A stretch of DNA of 62,599 nt, filler included, from Mytilus trossulus (GCF_036588685.1; 2 parts of one record of this genome joined end to end with filler, not necessarily neighbours in it), one strand, 5' to 3'. Shown: positions 13,408 to 27,750, numbered from the whole stretch's first letter. Numbers and translations: made by a program. Notes: a model not told the origin generated them from the letters alone.

Positions 13408-13739
13408 CTTTAGTTTTTGGTCATCTTTATCACATTACTGTGGTTGTAATACATGCCATTAGGAAAGAAAAAGTTACAGATGAGAAGTGTATTTAGTTTA
13501 GACTTTTCCGACTTTCAACTGACATGATAGGAAATAGTTACATCATTTGGTATTCCTACATTTGTAAAAGGACATTTTCAAAAAGACTGTAGTAGTTGTT
13601 TGAATGTTGTAACATATCACCACAATTAATTTCAAACAACGTCCATAATTGTTACGTATTGAAACTATAAAACTGTGCTATCCTCACTCTACATTGCCAG
13701 TTGGTACTTTAGAAAGTGGCAAAGATAAGAAAAAAGAAA

Positions 13740-13810
13740 TGCATCGGCCGGGAATCGAACCCGGGCCGCCCGCGTGGCAGGCGAGCATTCTACCACTGAA
13801 CCACCGATGC
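13740..13810 (-). tRNA. tRNA-Gly(GCC)
   Basis: Identical to 1069-1139. Confidence 0.93.
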
Positions 13811-14436
13811 TTATAACACATAATGTCTAACTCGATCATATAAGGACAGTACATGATTACCACGTGTTACATGGTATGTATGATAGATGGCATGTTTATT
13901 ATTCAACATTGTCGGTACAACGTGTAGGAACACGAAAAACATGATTGACAAGAGACAAACGATGTGCATTTAGTACTTACTTAATTGCCAATCTGCGACA
14001 TAATCTCGTGATTCAATTCTATGCTTAGTGTGTATATGCCGTCGGTTTCGCGTCAGTAATTTAATTGAAACCGCTTCACAATGGAAATCTAGATGTAAAA
14101 GGGGGAGTGGTCGATTAATCCATTTCGGTAAATGAACATTAATTTACGGCCACTGTAACATGTGTAATAAAGTATTTAGTTTTGGCGATTTTGCCGACAA
14201 ACTACCTGTACATTACAATTACATTATTTCTTTACTTTTTTTAAGATCGAACGAAATACACCTTCAGAACATTCCTGCTATATGTTTGTATAAGAAGGTA
14301 GACAGGGTTAGCTTTGAAATGATTTACTTTGATGCAGACTCACAATTATCATATGTTGACACAAACATGGTTTAAGCACAGTGATCAAACAGTCGATTCC
14401 TGCTTATATGTAGCTTAAATTAAGCTGTTATAGTAG

Positions 14437-14507
14437 TCCGATGTGGTCTAGTGGTTAGGATTTCTGGTTTTCACCCAGACGGCCCGGGTTCGATTCCCGC
14501 ATCGGAG
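14437..14507 (+). tRNA. tRNA-Glu(TTC) with 1-bp deletion
   Basis: One G missing in the 3' T stem. Confidence 0.75.
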
Positions 14508-14837
14508 CTTTAGTTTTTGTCATCTTTATCACATTACTGTTGTTGTAATACATGCCATTAGGAAAGAAAAAGTTACAGATGAGAAGTGTATTTAGTTTAG
14601 ACTTTTCCGACTTTCAACTGACATGATAGGAAATAGTTACATCATTTGGTATTCCTACATTTGTAAAAGGACATTTTCAAAAAGACTGTAGTAGTTGTTT
14701 GAATGTTGTAACATATCACACAATTAATTTCAAACAACGTCCACTAATTGTTACGTATTGAAACTATAAAACTGTGCTATCCTCACTCTACATTGCCAGT
14801 TGGTACTTAGAAAGTGGCAAAGATAAGAAAAAAGAAA

Positions 14838-14908
14838 TGCATCGGCCGGGAATCGAACCCGGGCCGCCCGCGTGGCAGGCGAGCATTCTACCACTGAACC
14901 ACCGATGC
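14838..14908 (-). tRNA. tRNA-Gly(GCC)
   Basis: Identical to 1069-1139. Confidence 0.93.
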
Positions 14909-15537
14909 TTATAACACATAATGTCTAACTCGATCATATAAGGACAGTACATGATTACCACGTGTTACATGGTATGTATGATAGATGGCATGTTTATTAT
15001 TCAACATTGTCGGTACAACGTGTAGGAACACGAAAAACATGATTGACAAGAGACAAACGATGTGCATTTAGTACTTACTTAATTGCCAATCTGCGACATA
15101 ATCTCGTGATTCAAATTCTATGCTTAGTGTGTATATGCCGTCGGTTTCGCGTCAGTAATTTAATTGAAACCGCTTCACAATGGAAATCTAGATGTAAAAA
15201 GGGGGGAGTGGTCGATTAATCCATTTCGGTAAATGAACATTAATTACGGCCACTGTAACATGTGTAATAAAGTATTTAGTTTTGGCGATTTTGCCGACAA
15301 ACTACCTGTACATTACAATTACATTATTTCTTTACTTTTTAAGATCGAACGAAATACACCTTCAGAACATTCCTGCTATATGTTTGTATAAGAAAGGTAG
15401 ACAGGTTAGCTTTGAAATGATTTACTTTGCATGCAGACTCACAATTATCATATGTTGACACAAACATGGTTTAAGCACAGTGATCAAACAGTCGATTCCT
15501 GCTTATATGTAGCTTAAATTAAGCTTGTTATAGTAAG

Positions 15538-15608
15538 TCCGATGTGGTCTAGTGGTTAGGATTTCTGGTTTTCACCCAGACGGCCCGGGTTCGATTCCGG
15601 CATCGGAG
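15538..15608 (+). tRNA. tRNA-Glu(TTC) with 1-bp deletion
   Basis: One C missing in the 3' T stem. Confidence 0.75.
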
Positions 15609-15938
15609 CTTTAGTTTTTGGTCATCTTTATCACATTACTGTTGTTGTAATACATGCCATTAGGAAAGAAAAAGTTACAGATGAGAAGTGTATTTAGTTT
15701 AGACTTTTCCGACTTTCAACTGACATGATAGGAAATAGGTTACATCATTTGGTATTCCTACATTTGTAAAAGGACATTTTCAAAAGACTGTAGTAGTTGT
15801 TTGAATGTTGTAACATATCACCACAATTAATTTCAAACAACGTCCATAATTGTTACGTATTGAAACTATAAAAACTGTGCTATCCTCACTCTACATTGCC
15901 AGTTGTACTTTAGAAGTGGCAAGATAAGAAAAAAGAAA

Positions 15939-16009
15939 TGCATCGGCCGGGAATCGAACCCGGGCCGCCCGCGTGGCAGGCGAGCATTCTACCACTGAAC
16001 CACCGATGC
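15939..16009 (-). tRNA. tRNA-Gly(GCC)
   Basis: Identical to 1069-1139. Confidence 0.93.
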
Positions 16010-16638
16010 TTATAACACATAATGTCTAACTCGATCATATAAGGACAGTACATGATTACCACGTGTTACATGGTATGTATGATAGATGGCATGTTTATTA
16101 TTCAACATTGTCGGTACAACGTGTAGGAACACGAAAAACATGATTGACAAGAGACAAACGATGTGCATTTAGTACTTACTTAATTGCCAATCTGCGACAT
16201 AATCTCGTGATTCAAATTCTATGCTTAGTGTGTATATGCCGTCGGTTTCGCGTCAGTAATTTAATTGAAACCGCTTCACAATGGAAATCTAGATGTAAAA
16301 AGGGGGAGTGGTCGATTAATCCATTTCGGTAAATGAACATTAATTACGGCCACTGTAACATGTGTAATAAAGTATTTAGTTTTGGCGATTTTGCCGACAA
16401 ACTACCTGTACATTACAATTACATTATTTCTTTACTTTTTTAAGATCGAACGAAATACACCTTCAGAACATTCCTGCTATATGTTTGTATAAGAAAGGTA
16501 GACAGGGTTAGCTTTGAAATGATTTACTTTGATGCAGACTCACAATTATCATATGTTGACACAAACATGGTTTAAGCACAGTGATCAAACAGTCGATTCC
16601 TGCTTATATGTAGCTTAAATTAAGCTTGTTATAGTAAG

Positions 16639-16710
16639 TCCGATGTGGTCTAGTGGTTAGGATTTCTGGTTTTCACCCAGACGGCCCGGGTTCGATTCCC
16701 GGCATCGGAG
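16639..16710 (+). tRNA. tRNA-Glu(TTC)
   Basis: Identical to 665-736. Confidence 0.95.
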
Positions 16711-17042
16711 CTTTAGTTTTTGGTCATCTTTATCACATTACTGTTGTTGTAATACATGCCATTAGGAAAGAAAAAGTTACAGATGAGAAGTGTATTTAGT
16801 TTAGACTTTTCCGACTTTCAACTGACATGATAGGAAATAGTTACATCATTTGGTATTCCTACATTTGTAAAAGGACATTTTCAAAAAGACTGTAGTAGTT
16901 GTTTGAATGTTGTAACATATCACCACAATTAATTTCAAACAACGTCCATAATTGTTACGTATTGAAACTATAAAACTGTGCTATCCTCACTCTACATTGC
17001 CAGTTGGTACTTTAGAAAGTGGCAAAGATAAGAAAAAAGAAA

Positions 17043-17113
17043 TGCATCGGCCGGGAATCGAACCCGGGCCGCCCGCGTGGCAGGCGAGCATTCTACCACT
17101 GAACCACCGATGC
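17043..17113 (-). tRNA. tRNA-Gly(GCC)
   Basis: Identical to 1069-1139. Confidence 0.95.
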
Positions 17114-17742
17114 TTATAACACATAATGTCTAACTCGATCATATAAGGACAGTACATGATTACCACGTGTTACATGGTATGTATGATAGATGGCATGTTT
17201 ATTATTCAACATTGTCGGTACAACGTGTAGGAACACGAAAAACATGATTGACAAGAGACAAACGATGTGCATTTAGTACTTACTTAATTGCCAATCTGCG
17301 ACATAATCTCGTGATTCAAATTCTATGCTTAGTGTGTATATGCCGTCGGTTTCGCGTCAGTAATTTAATTGAAACCGCTTCACAATGGAAATCTAGATGT
17401 AAAAAGGGGGAGTGGTCGATTAATCCATTTCGGTAAATGAACATTAATTACGGCCACTGTAACATGTGTAATAAAGTATTTAGTTTTGGCGATTTTGCCG
17501 ACAAACTACCTGTACATTACAATTACATTATTTCTTTACTTTTTTAAGATCGAACGAAATACACCTTCAGAACATTCCTGCTATATGTTTGTATAAGAAA
17601 GGTAGACAGGGTTAGCTTTGAAATGATTTACTTTGATGCAGACTCACAATTATCATATGTTGACACAAACATGGTTTAAGCACAGTGATCAAACAGTCGA
17701 TTCCTGCTTATATGTAGCTTAAATTAAGCTTGTTATAGTAAG

Positions 17743-17814
17743 TCCGATGTGGTCTAGTGGTTAGGATTTCTGGTTTTCACCCAGACGGCCCGGGTTCGAT
17801 TCCCGGCATCGGAG
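17743..17814 (+). tRNA. tRNA-Glu(TTC)
   Basis: Identical to 665-736. Confidence 0.95.
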
Positions 17815-18146
17815 CTTTAGTTTTTGGTCATCTTTATCACATTACTGTTGTTGTAATACATGCCATTAGGAAAGAAAAAGTTACAGATGAGAAGTGTATT
17901 TAGTTTAGACTTTTCCGACTTTCAACTGACATGATAGGAAATAGTTACATCATTTGGTATTCCTACATTTGTAAAAGGACATTTTCAAAAAGACTGTAGT
18001 AGTTGTTTGAATGTTGTAACATATCACCACAATTAATTTCAAACAACGTCCATAATTGTTACGTATTGAAACTATAAAACTGTGCTATCCTCACTCTACA
18101 TTGCCAGTTGGTACTTTAGAAAGTGGCAAAGATAAGAAAAAAGAAA

Positions 18147-18217
18147 TGCATCGGCCGGGAATCGAACCCGGGCCGCCCGCGTGGCAGGCGAGCATTCTAC
18201 CACTGAACCACCGATGC
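18147..18217 (-). tRNA. tRNA-Gly(GCC)
   Basis: Identical to 1069-1139. Confidence 0.95.
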
Positions 18218-18846
18218 TTATAACACATAATGTCTAACTCGATCATATAAGGACAGTACATGATTACCACGTGTTACATGGTATGTATGATAGATGGCAT
18301 GTTTATTATTCAACATTGTCGGTACAACGTGTAGGAACACGAAAAACATGATTGACAAGAGACAAACGATGTGCATTTAGTACTTACTTAATTGCCAATC
18401 TGCGACATAATCTCGTGATTCAAATTCTATGCTTAGTGTGTATATGCCGTCGGTTTCGCGTCAGTAATTTAATTGAAACCGCTTCACAATGGAAATCTAG
18501 ATGTAAAAAGGGGGAGTGGTCGATTAATCCATTTCGGTAAATGAACATTAATTACGGCCACTGTAACATGTGTAATAAAGTATTTAGTTTTGGCGATTTT
18601 GCCGACAAACTACCTGTACATTACAATTACATTATTTCTTTACTTTTTTAAGATCGAACGAAATACACCTTCAGAACATTCCTGCTATATGTTTGTATAA
18701 GAAAGGTAGACAGGGTTAGCTTTGAAATGATTTACTTTGATGCAGACTCACAATTATCATATGTTGACACAAACATGGTTTAAGCACAGTGATCAAACAG
18801 TCGATTCCTGCTTATATGTAGCTTAAATTAAGCTTGTTATAGTAAG

Positions 18847-18918
18847 TCCGATGTGGTCTAGTGGTTAGGATTTCTGGTTTTCACCCAGACGGCCCGGGTT
18901 CGATTCCCGGCATCGGAG
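18847..18918 (+). tRNA. tRNA-Glu(TTC)
   Basis: Identical to 665-736. Confidence 0.95.
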
Positions 18919-19250
18919 CTTTAGTTTTTGGTCATCTTTATCACATTACTGTTGTTGTAATACATGCCATTAGGAAAGAAAAAGTTACAGATGAGAAGTG
19001 TATTTAGTTTAGACTTTTCCGACTTTCAACTGACATGATAGGAAATAGTTACATCATTTGGTATTCCTACATTTGTAAAAGGACATTTTCAAAAAGACTG
19101 TAGTAGTTGTTTGAATGTTGTAACATATCACCACAATTAATTTCAAACAACGTCCATAATTGTTACGTATTGAAACTATAAAACTGTGCTATCCTCACTC
19201 TACATTGCCAGTTGGTACTTTAGAAAGTGGCAAAGATAAGAAAAAAGAAA

Positions 19251-19321
19251 TGCATCGGCCGGGAATCGAACCCGGGCCGCCCGCGTGGCAGGCGAGCATT
19301 CTACCACTGAACCACCGATGC
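19251..19321 (-). tRNA. tRNA-Gly(GCC)
   Basis: Identical to 1069-1139. Confidence 0.95.
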
Positions 19322-19950
19322 TTATAACACATAATGTCTAACTCGATCATATAAGGACAGTACATGATTACCACGTGTTACATGGTATGTATGATAGATG
19401 GCATGTTTATTATTCAACATTGTCGGTACAACGTGTAGGAACACGAAAAACATGATTGACAAGAGACAAACGATGTGCATTTAGTACTTACTTAATTGCC
19501 AATCTGCGACATAATCTCGTGATTCAAATTCTATGCTTAGTGTGTATATGCCGTCGGTTTCGCGTCAGTAATTTAATTGAAACCGCTTCACAATGGAAAT
19601 CTAGATGTAAAAAGGGGGAGTGGTCGATTAATCCATTTCGGTAAATGAACATTAATTACGGCCACTGTAACATGTGTAATAAAGTATTTAGTTTTGGCGA
19701 TTTTGCCGACAAACTACCTGTACATTACAATTACATTATTTCTTTACTTTTTTAAGATCGAACGAAATACACCTTCAGAACATTCCTGCTATATGTTTGT
19801 ATAAGAAAGGTAGACAGGGTTAGCTTTGAAATGATTTACTTTGATGCAGACTCACAATTATCATATGTTGACACAAACATGGTTTAAGCACAGTGATCAA
19901 ACAGTCGATTCCTGCTTATATGTAGCTTAAATTAAGCTTGTTATAGTAAG

Positions 19951-20022
19951 TCCGATGTGGTCTAGTGGTTAGGATTTCTGGTTTTCACCCAGACGGCCCG
20001 GGTTCGATTCCCGGCATCGGAG
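19951..20022 (+). tRNA. tRNA-Glu(TTC)
   Basis: Identical to 665-736. Confidence 0.95.
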
Positions 20023-20354
20023 CTTTAGTTTTTGGTCATCTTTATCACATTACTGTTGTTGTAATACATGCCATTAGGAAAGAAAAAGTTACAGATGAGA
20101 AGTGTATTTAGTTTAGACTTTTCCGACTTTCAACTGACATGATAGGAAATAGTTACATCATTTGGTATTCCTACATTTGTAAAAGGACATTTTCAAAAAG
20201 ACTGTAGTAGTTGTTTGAATGTTGTAACATATCACCACAATTAATTTCAAACAACGTCCATAATTGTTACGTATTGAAACTATAAAACTGTGCTATCCTC
20301 ACTCTACATTGCCAGTTGGTACTTTAGAAAGTGGCAAAGATAAGAAAAAAGAAA

Positions 20355-20425
20355 TGCATCGGCCGGGAATCGAACCCGGGCCGCCCGCGTGGCAGGCGAG
20401 CATTCTACCACTGAACCACCGATGC
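20355..20425 (-). tRNA. tRNA-Gly(GCC)
   Basis: Identical to 1069-1139. Confidence 0.95.
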
Positions 20426-21054
20426 TTATAACACATAATGTCTAACTCGATCATATAAGGACAGTACATGATTACCACGTGTTACATGGTATGTATGATA
20501 GATGGCATGTTTATTATTCAACATTGTCGGTACAACGTGTAGGAACACGAAAAACATGATTGACAAGAGACAAACGATGTGCATTTAGTACTTACTTAAT
20601 TGCCAATCTGCGACATAATCTCGTGATTCAAATTCTATGCTTAGTGTGTATATGCCGTCGGTTTCGCGTCAGTAATTTAATTGAAACCGCTTCACAATGG
20701 AAATCTAGATGTAAAAAGGGGGAGTGGTCGATTAATCCATTTCGGTAAATGAACATTAATTACGGCCACTGTAACATGTGTAATAAAGTATTTAGTTTTG
20801 GCGATTTTGCCGACAAACTACCTGTACATTACAATTACATTATTTCTTTACTTTTTTAAGATCGAACGAAATACACCTTCAGAACATTCCTGCTATATGT
20901 TTGTATAAGAAAGGTAGACAGGGTTAGCTTTGAAATGATTTACTTTGATGCAGACTCACAATTATCATATGTTGACACAAACATGGTTTAAGCACAGTGA
21001 TCAAACAGTCGATTCCTGCTTATATGTAGCTTAAATTAAGCTTGTTATAGTAAG

Positions 21055-21126
21055 TCCGATGTGGTCTAGTGGTTAGGATTTCTGGTTTTCACCCAGACGG
21101 CCCGGGTTCGATTCCCGGCATCGGAG
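21055..21126 (+). tRNA. tRNA-Glu(TTC)
   Basis: Identical to 665-736. Confidence 0.95.
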
Positions 21127-21458
21127 CTTTAGTTTTTGGTCATCTTTATCACATTACTGTTGTTGTAATACATGCCATTAGGAAAGAAAAAGTTACAGAT
21201 GAGAAGTGTATTTAGTTTAGACTTTTCCGACTTTCAACTGACATGATAGGAAATAGTTACATCATTTGGTATTCCTACATTTGTAAAAGGACATTTTCAA
21301 AAAGACTGTAGTAGTTGTTTGAATGTTGTAACATATCACCACAATTAATTTCAAACAACGTCCATAATTGTTACGTATTGAAACTATAAAACTGTGCTAT
21401 CCTCACTCTACATTGCCAGTTGGTACTTTAGAAAGTGGCAAAGATAAGAAAAAAGAAA

Positions 21459-21529
21459 TGCATCGGCCGGGAATCGAACCCGGGCCGCCCGCGTGGCAGG
21501 CGAGCATTCTACCACTGAACCACCGATGC
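21459..21529 (-). tRNA. tRNA-Gly(GCC)
   Basis: Identical to 1069-1139. Confidence 0.95.
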
Positions 21530-22158
21530 TTATAACACATAATGTCTAACTCGATCATATAAGGACAGTACATGATTACCACGTGTTACATGGTATGTAT
21601 GATAGATGGCATGTTTATTATTCAACATTGTCGGTACAACGTGTAGGAACACGAAAAACATGATTGACAAGAGACAAACGATGTGCATTTAGTACTTACT
21701 TAATTGCCAATCTGCGACATAATCTCGTGATTCAAATTCTATGCTTAGTGTGTATATGCCGTCGGTTTCGCGTCAGTAATTTAATTGAAACCGCTTCACA
21801 ATGGAAATCTAGATGTAAAAAGGGGGAGTGGTCGATTAATCCATTTCGGTAAATGAACATTAATTACGGCCACTGTAACATGTGTAATAAAGTATTTAGT
21901 TTTGGCGATTTTGCCGACAAACTACCTGTACATTACAATTACATTATTTCTTTACTTTTTTAAGATCGAACGAAATACACCTTCAGAACATTCCTGCTAT
22001 ATGTTTGTATAAGAAAGGTAGACAGGGTTAGCTTTGAAATGATTTACTTTGATGCAGACTCACAATTATCATATGTTGACACAAACATGGTTTAAGCACA
22101 GTGATCAAACAGTCGATTCCTGCTTATATGTAGCTTAAATTAAGCTTGTTATAGTAAG

Positions 22159-22230
22159 TCCGATGTGGTCTAGTGGTTAGGATTTCTGGTTTTCACCCAG
22201 ACGGCCCGGGTTCGATTCCCGGCATCGGAG
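22159..22230 (+). tRNA. tRNA-Glu(TTC)
   Basis: Identical to 665-736. Confidence 0.95.
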
Positions 22231-22562
22231 CTTTAGTTTTTGGTCATCTTTATCACATTACTGTTGTTGTAATACATGCCATTAGGAAAGAAAAAGTTAC
22301 AGATGAGAAGTGTATTTAGTTTAGACTTTTCCGACTTTCAACTGACATGATAGGAAATAGTTACATCATTTGGTATTCCTACATTTGTAAAAGGACATTT
22401 TCAAAAAGACTGTAGTAGTTGTTTGAATGTTGTAACATATCACCACAATTAATTTCAAACAACGTCCATAATTGTTACGTATTGAAACTATAAAACTGTG
22501 CTATCCTCACTCTACATTGCCAGTTGGTACTTTAGAAAGTGGCAAAGATAAGAAAAAAGAAA

Positions 22563-22633
22563 TGCATCGGCCGGGAATCGAACCCGGGCCGCCCGCGTGG
22601 CAGGCGAGCATTCTACCACTGAACCACCGATGC
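22563..22633 (-). tRNA. tRNA-Gly(GCC)
   Basis: Identical to 1069-1139. Confidence 0.95.
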
Positions 22634-23262
22634 TTATAACACATAATGTCTAACTCGATCATATAAGGACAGTACATGATTACCACGTGTTACATGGTAT
22701 GTATGATAGATGGCATGTTTATTATTCAACATTGTCGGTACAACGTGTAGGAACACGAAAAACATGATTGACAAGAGACAAACGATGTGCATTTAGTACT
22801 TACTTAATTGCCAATCTGCGACATAATCTCGTGATTCAAATTCTATGCTTAGTGTGTATATGCCGTCGGTTTCGCGTCAGTAATTTAATTGAAACCGCTT
22901 CACAATGGAAATCTAGATGTAAAAAGGGGGAGTGGTCGATTAATCCATTTCGGTAAATGAACATTAATTACGGCCACTGTAACATGTGTAATAAAGTATT
23001 TAGTTTTGGCGATTTTGCCGACAAACTACCTGTACATTACAATTACATTATTTCTTTACTTTTTTAAGATCGAACGAAATACACCTTCAGAACATTCCTG
23101 CTATATGTTTGTATAAGAAAGGTAGACAGGGTTAGCTTTGAAATGATTTACTTTGATGCAGACTCACAATTATCATATGTTGACACAAACATGGTTTAAG
23201 CACAGTGATCAAACAGTCGATTCCTGCTTATATGTAGCTTAAATTAAGCTTGTTATAGTAAG

Positions 23263-23334
23263 TCCGATGTGGTCTAGTGGTTAGGATTTCTGGTTTTCAC
23301 CCAGACGGCCCGGGTTCGATTCCCGGCATCGGAG
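23263..23334 (+). tRNA. tRNA-Glu(TTC)
   Basis: Identical to 665-736. Confidence 0.95.
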
Positions 23335-23666
23335 CTTTAGTTTTTGGTCATCTTTATCACATTACTGTTGTTGTAATACATGCCATTAGGAAAGAAAAAG
23401 TTACAGATGAGAAGTGTATTTAGTTTAGACTTTTCCGACTTTCAACTGACATGATAGGAAATAGTTACATCATTTGGTATTCCTACATTTGTAAAAGGAC
23501 ATTTTCAAAAAGACTGTAGTAGTTGTTTGAATGTTGTAACATATCACCACAATTAATTTCAAACAACGTCCATAATTGTTACGTATTGAAACTATAAAAC
23601 TGTGCTATCCTCACTCTACATTGCCAGTTGGTACTTTAGAAAGTGGCAAAGATAAGAAAAAAGAAA

Positions 23667-23737
23667 TGCATCGGCCGGGAATCGAACCCGGGCCGCCCGC
23701 GTGGCAGGCGAGCATTCTACCACTGAACCACCGATGC
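23667..23737 (-). tRNA. tRNA-Gly(GCC)
   Basis: Identical to 1069-1139. Confidence 0.95.
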
Positions 23738-24366
23738 TTATAACACATAATGTCTAACTCGATCATATAAGGACAGTACATGATTACCACGTGTTACATG
23801 GTATGTATGATAGATGGCATGTTTATTATTCAACATTGTCGGTACAACGTGTAGGAACACGAAAAACATGATTGACAAGAGACAAACGATGTGCATTTAG
23901 TACTTACTTAATTGCCAATCTGCGACATAATCTCGTGATTCAAATTCTATGCTTAGTGTGTATATGCCGTCGGTTTCGCGTCAGTAATTTAATTGAAACC
24001 GCTTCACAATGGAAATCTAGATGTAAAAAGGGGGAGTGGTCGATTAATCCATTTCGGTAAATGAACATTAATTACGGCCACTGTAACATGTGTAATAAAG
24101 TATTTAGTTTTGGCGATTTTGCCGACAAACTACCTGTACATTACAATTACATTATTTCTTTACTTTTTTAAGATCGAACGAAATACACCTTCAGAACATT
24201 CCTGCTATATGTTTGTATAAGAAAGGTAGACAGGGTTAGCTTTGAAATGATTTACTTTGATGCAGACTCACAATTATCATATGTTGACACAAACATGGTT
24301 TAAGCACAGTGATCAAACAGTCGATTCCTGCTTATATGTAGCTTAAATTAAGCTTGTTATAGTAAG

Positions 24367-24438
24367 TCCGATGTGGTCTAGTGGTTAGGATTTCTGGTTT
24401 TCACCCAGACGGCCCGGGTTCGATTCCCGGCATCGGAG
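24367..24438 (+). tRNA. tRNA-Glu(TTC)
   Basis: Identical to 665-736. Confidence 0.95.
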
Positions 24439-24770
24439 CTTTAGTTTTTGGTCATCTTTATCACATTACTGTTGTTGTAATACATGCCATTAGGAAAGAA
24501 AAAGTTACAGATGAGAAGTGTATTTAGTTTAGACTTTTCCGACTTTCAACTGACATGATAGGAAATAGTTACATCATTTGGTATTCCTACATTTGTAAAA
24601 GGACATTTTCAAAAAGACTGTAGTAGTTGTTTGAATGTTGTAACATATCACCACAATTAATTTCAAACAACGTCCATAATTGTTACGTATTGAAACTATA
24701 AAACTGTGCTATCCTCACTCTACATTGCCAGTTGGTACTTTAGAAAGTGGCAAAGATAAGAAAAAAGAAA

Positions 24771-24841
24771 TGCATCGGCCGGGAATCGAACCCGGGCCGC
24801 CCGCGTGGCAGGCGAGCATTCTACCACTGAACCACCGATGC
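24771..24841 (-). tRNA. tRNA-Gly(GCC)
   Basis: Identical to 1069-1139. Confidence 0.95.
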
Positions 24842-25470
24842 TTATAACACATAATGTCTAACTCGATCATATAAGGACAGTACATGATTACCACGTGTTA
24901 CATGGTATGTATGATAGATGGCATGTTTATTATTCAACATTGTCGGTACAACGTGTAGGAACACGAAAAACATGATTGACAAGAGACAAACGATGTGCAT
25001 TTAGTACTTACTTAATTGCCAATCTGCGACATAATCTCGTGATTCAAATTCTATGCTTAGTGTGTATATGCCGTCGGTTTCGCGTCAGTAATTTAATTGA
25101 AACCGCTTCACAATGGAAATCTAGATGTAAAAAGGGGGAGTGGTCGATTAATCCATTTCGGTAAATGAACATTAATTACGGCCACTGTAACATGTGTAAT
25201 AAAGTATTTAGTTTTGGCGATTTTGCCGACAAACTACCTGTACATTACAATTACATTATTTCTTTACTTTTTTAAGATCGAACGAAATACACCTTCAGAA
25301 CATTCCTGCTATATGTTTGTATAAGAAAGGTAGACAGGGTTAGCTTTGAAATGATTTACTTTGATGCAGACTCACAATTATCATATGTTGACACAAACAT
25401 GGTTTAAGCACAGTGATCAAACAGTCGATTCCTGCTTATATGTAGCTTAAATTAAGCTTGTTATAGTAAG

Positions 25471-25542
25471 TCCGATGTGGTCTAGTGGTTAGGATTTCTG
25501 GTTTTCACCCAGACGGCCCGGGTTCGATTCCCGGCATCGGAG
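25471..25542 (+). tRNA. tRNA-Glu(TTC)
   Basis: Identical to 665-736. Confidence 0.95.
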
Positions 25543-25874
25543 CTTTAGTTTTTGGTCATCTTTATCACATTACTGTTGTTGTAATACATGCCATTAGGAA
25601 AGAAAAAGTTACAGATGAGAAGTGTATTTAGTTTAGACTTTTCCGACTTTCAACTGACATGATAGGAAATAGTTACATCATTTGGTATTCCTACATTTGT
25701 AAAAGGACATTTTCAAAAAGACTGTAGTAGTTGTTTGAATGTTGTAACATATCACCACAATTAATTTCAAACAACGTCCATAATTGTTACGTATTGAAAC
25801 TATAAAACTGTGCTATCCTCACTCTACATTGCCAGTTGGTACTTTAGAAAGTGGCAAAGATAAGAAAAAAGAAA

Positions 25875-25945
25875 TGCATCGGCCGGGAATCGAACCCGGG
25901 CCGCCCGCGTGGCAGGCGAGCATTCTACCACTGAACCACCGATGC
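25875..25945 (-). tRNA. tRNA-Gly(GCC)
   Basis: Identical to 1069-1139. Confidence 0.95.
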
Positions 25946-26574
25946 TTATAACACATAATGTCTAACTCGATCATATAAGGACAGTACATGATTACCACGT
26001 GTTACATGGTATGTATGATAGATGGCATGTTTATTATTCAACATTGTCGGTACAACGTGTAGGAACACGAAAAACATGATTGACAAGAGACAAACGATGT
26101 GCATTTAGTACTTACTTAATTGCCAATCTGCGACATAATCTCGTGATTCAAATTCTATGCTTAGTGTGTATATGCCGTCGGTTTCGCGTCAGTAATTTAA
26201 TTGAAACCGCTTCACAATGGAAATCTAGATGTAAAAAGGGGGAGTGGTCGATTAATCCATTTCGGTAAATGAACATTAATTACGGCCACTGTAACATGTG
26301 TAATAAAGTATTTAGTTTTGGCGATTTTGCCGACAAACTACCTGTACATTACAATTACATTATTTCTTTACTTTTTTAAGATCGAACGAAATACACCTTC
26401 AGAACATTCCTGCTATATGTTTGTATAAGAAAGGTAGACAGGGTTAGCTTTGAAATGATTTACTTTGATGCAGACTCACAATTATCATATGTTGACACAA
26501 ACATGGTTTAAGCACAGTGATCAAACAGTCGATTCCTGCTTATATGTAGCTTAAATTAAGCTTGTTATAGTAAG

Positions 26575-26646
26575 TCCGATGTGGTCTAGTGGTTAGGATT
26601 TCTGGTTTTCACCCAGACGGCCCGGGTTCGATTCCCGGCATCGGAG
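26575..26646 (+). tRNA. tRNA-Glu(TTC)
   Basis: Identical to 665-736. Confidence 0.95.
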
Positions 26647-26978
26647 CTTTAGTTTTTGGTCATCTTTATCACATTACTGTTGTTGTAATACATGCCATTA
26701 GGAAAGAAAAAGTTACAGATGAGAAGTGTATTTAGTTTAGACTTTTCCGACTTTCAACTGACATGATAGGAAATAGTTACATCATTTGGTATTCCTACAT
26801 TTGTAAAAGGACATTTTCAAAAAGACTGTAGTAGTTGTTTGAATGTTGTAACATATCACCACAATTAATTTCAAACAACGTCCATAATTGTTACGTATTG
26901 AAACTATAAAACTGTGCTATCCTCACTCTACATTGCCAGTTGGTACTTTAGAAAGTGGCAAAGATAAGAAAAAAGAAA

Positions 26979-27049
26979 TGCATCGGCCGGGAATCGAACC
27001 CGGGCCGCCCGCGTGGCAGGCGAGCATTCTACCACTGAACCACCGATGC
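26979..27049 (-). tRNA. tRNA-Gly(GCC)
   Basis: Identical to 1069-1139. Confidence 0.95.
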
Positions 27050-27678
27050 TTATAACACATAATGTCTAACTCGATCATATAAGGACAGTACATGATTACC
27101 ACGTGTTACATGGTATGTATGATAGATGGCATGTTTATTATTCAACATTGTCGGTACAACGTGTAGGAACACGAAAAACATGATTGACAAGAGACAAACG
27201 ATGTGCATTTAGTACTTACTTAATTGCCAATCTGCGACATAATCTCGTGATTCAAATTCTATGCTTAGTGTGTATATGCCGTCGGTTTCGCGTCAGTAAT
27301 TTAATTGAAACCGCTTCACAATGGAAATCTAGATGTAAAAAGGGGGAGTGGTCGATTAATCCATTTCGGTAAATGAACATTAATTACGGCCACTGTAACA
27401 TGTGTAATAAAGTATTTAGTTTTGGCGATTTTGCCGACAAACTACCTGTACATTACAATTACATTATTTCTTTACTTTTTTAAGATCGAACGAAATACAC
27501 CTTCAGAACATTCCTGCTATATGTTTGTATAAGAAAGGTAGACAGGGTTAGCTTTGAAATGATTTACTTTGATGCAGACTCACAATTATCATATGTTGAC
27601 ACAAACATGGTTTAAGCACAGTGATCAAACAGTCGATTCCTGCTTATATGTAGCTTAAATTAAGCTTGTTATAGTAAG

Positions 27679-27750
27679 TCCGATGTGGTCTAGTGGTTAG
27701 GATTTCTGGTTTTCACCCAGACGGCCCGGGTTCGATTCCCGGCATCGGAG
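27679..27750 (+). tRNA. tRNA-Glu(TTC)
   Basis: Identical to 665-736. Confidence 0.95.

Noticed and set aside
11851-15930. Apparently divergent array units with many 1-bp indels, including inside tRNAs
   Set aside because: Almost all changes are single-base indels, mostly in homopolymers, and they sit at a contig end next to a gap. This fits unpolished long-read error rather than biology.
170-27372. Repeated 62-aa ORF (MTRDKRCAF...) in every array unit
   Set aside because: TTG start, no recognisable domain, lies in the tRNA spacer and is frameshifted in the orphan copy; it repeats only because the unit repeats.
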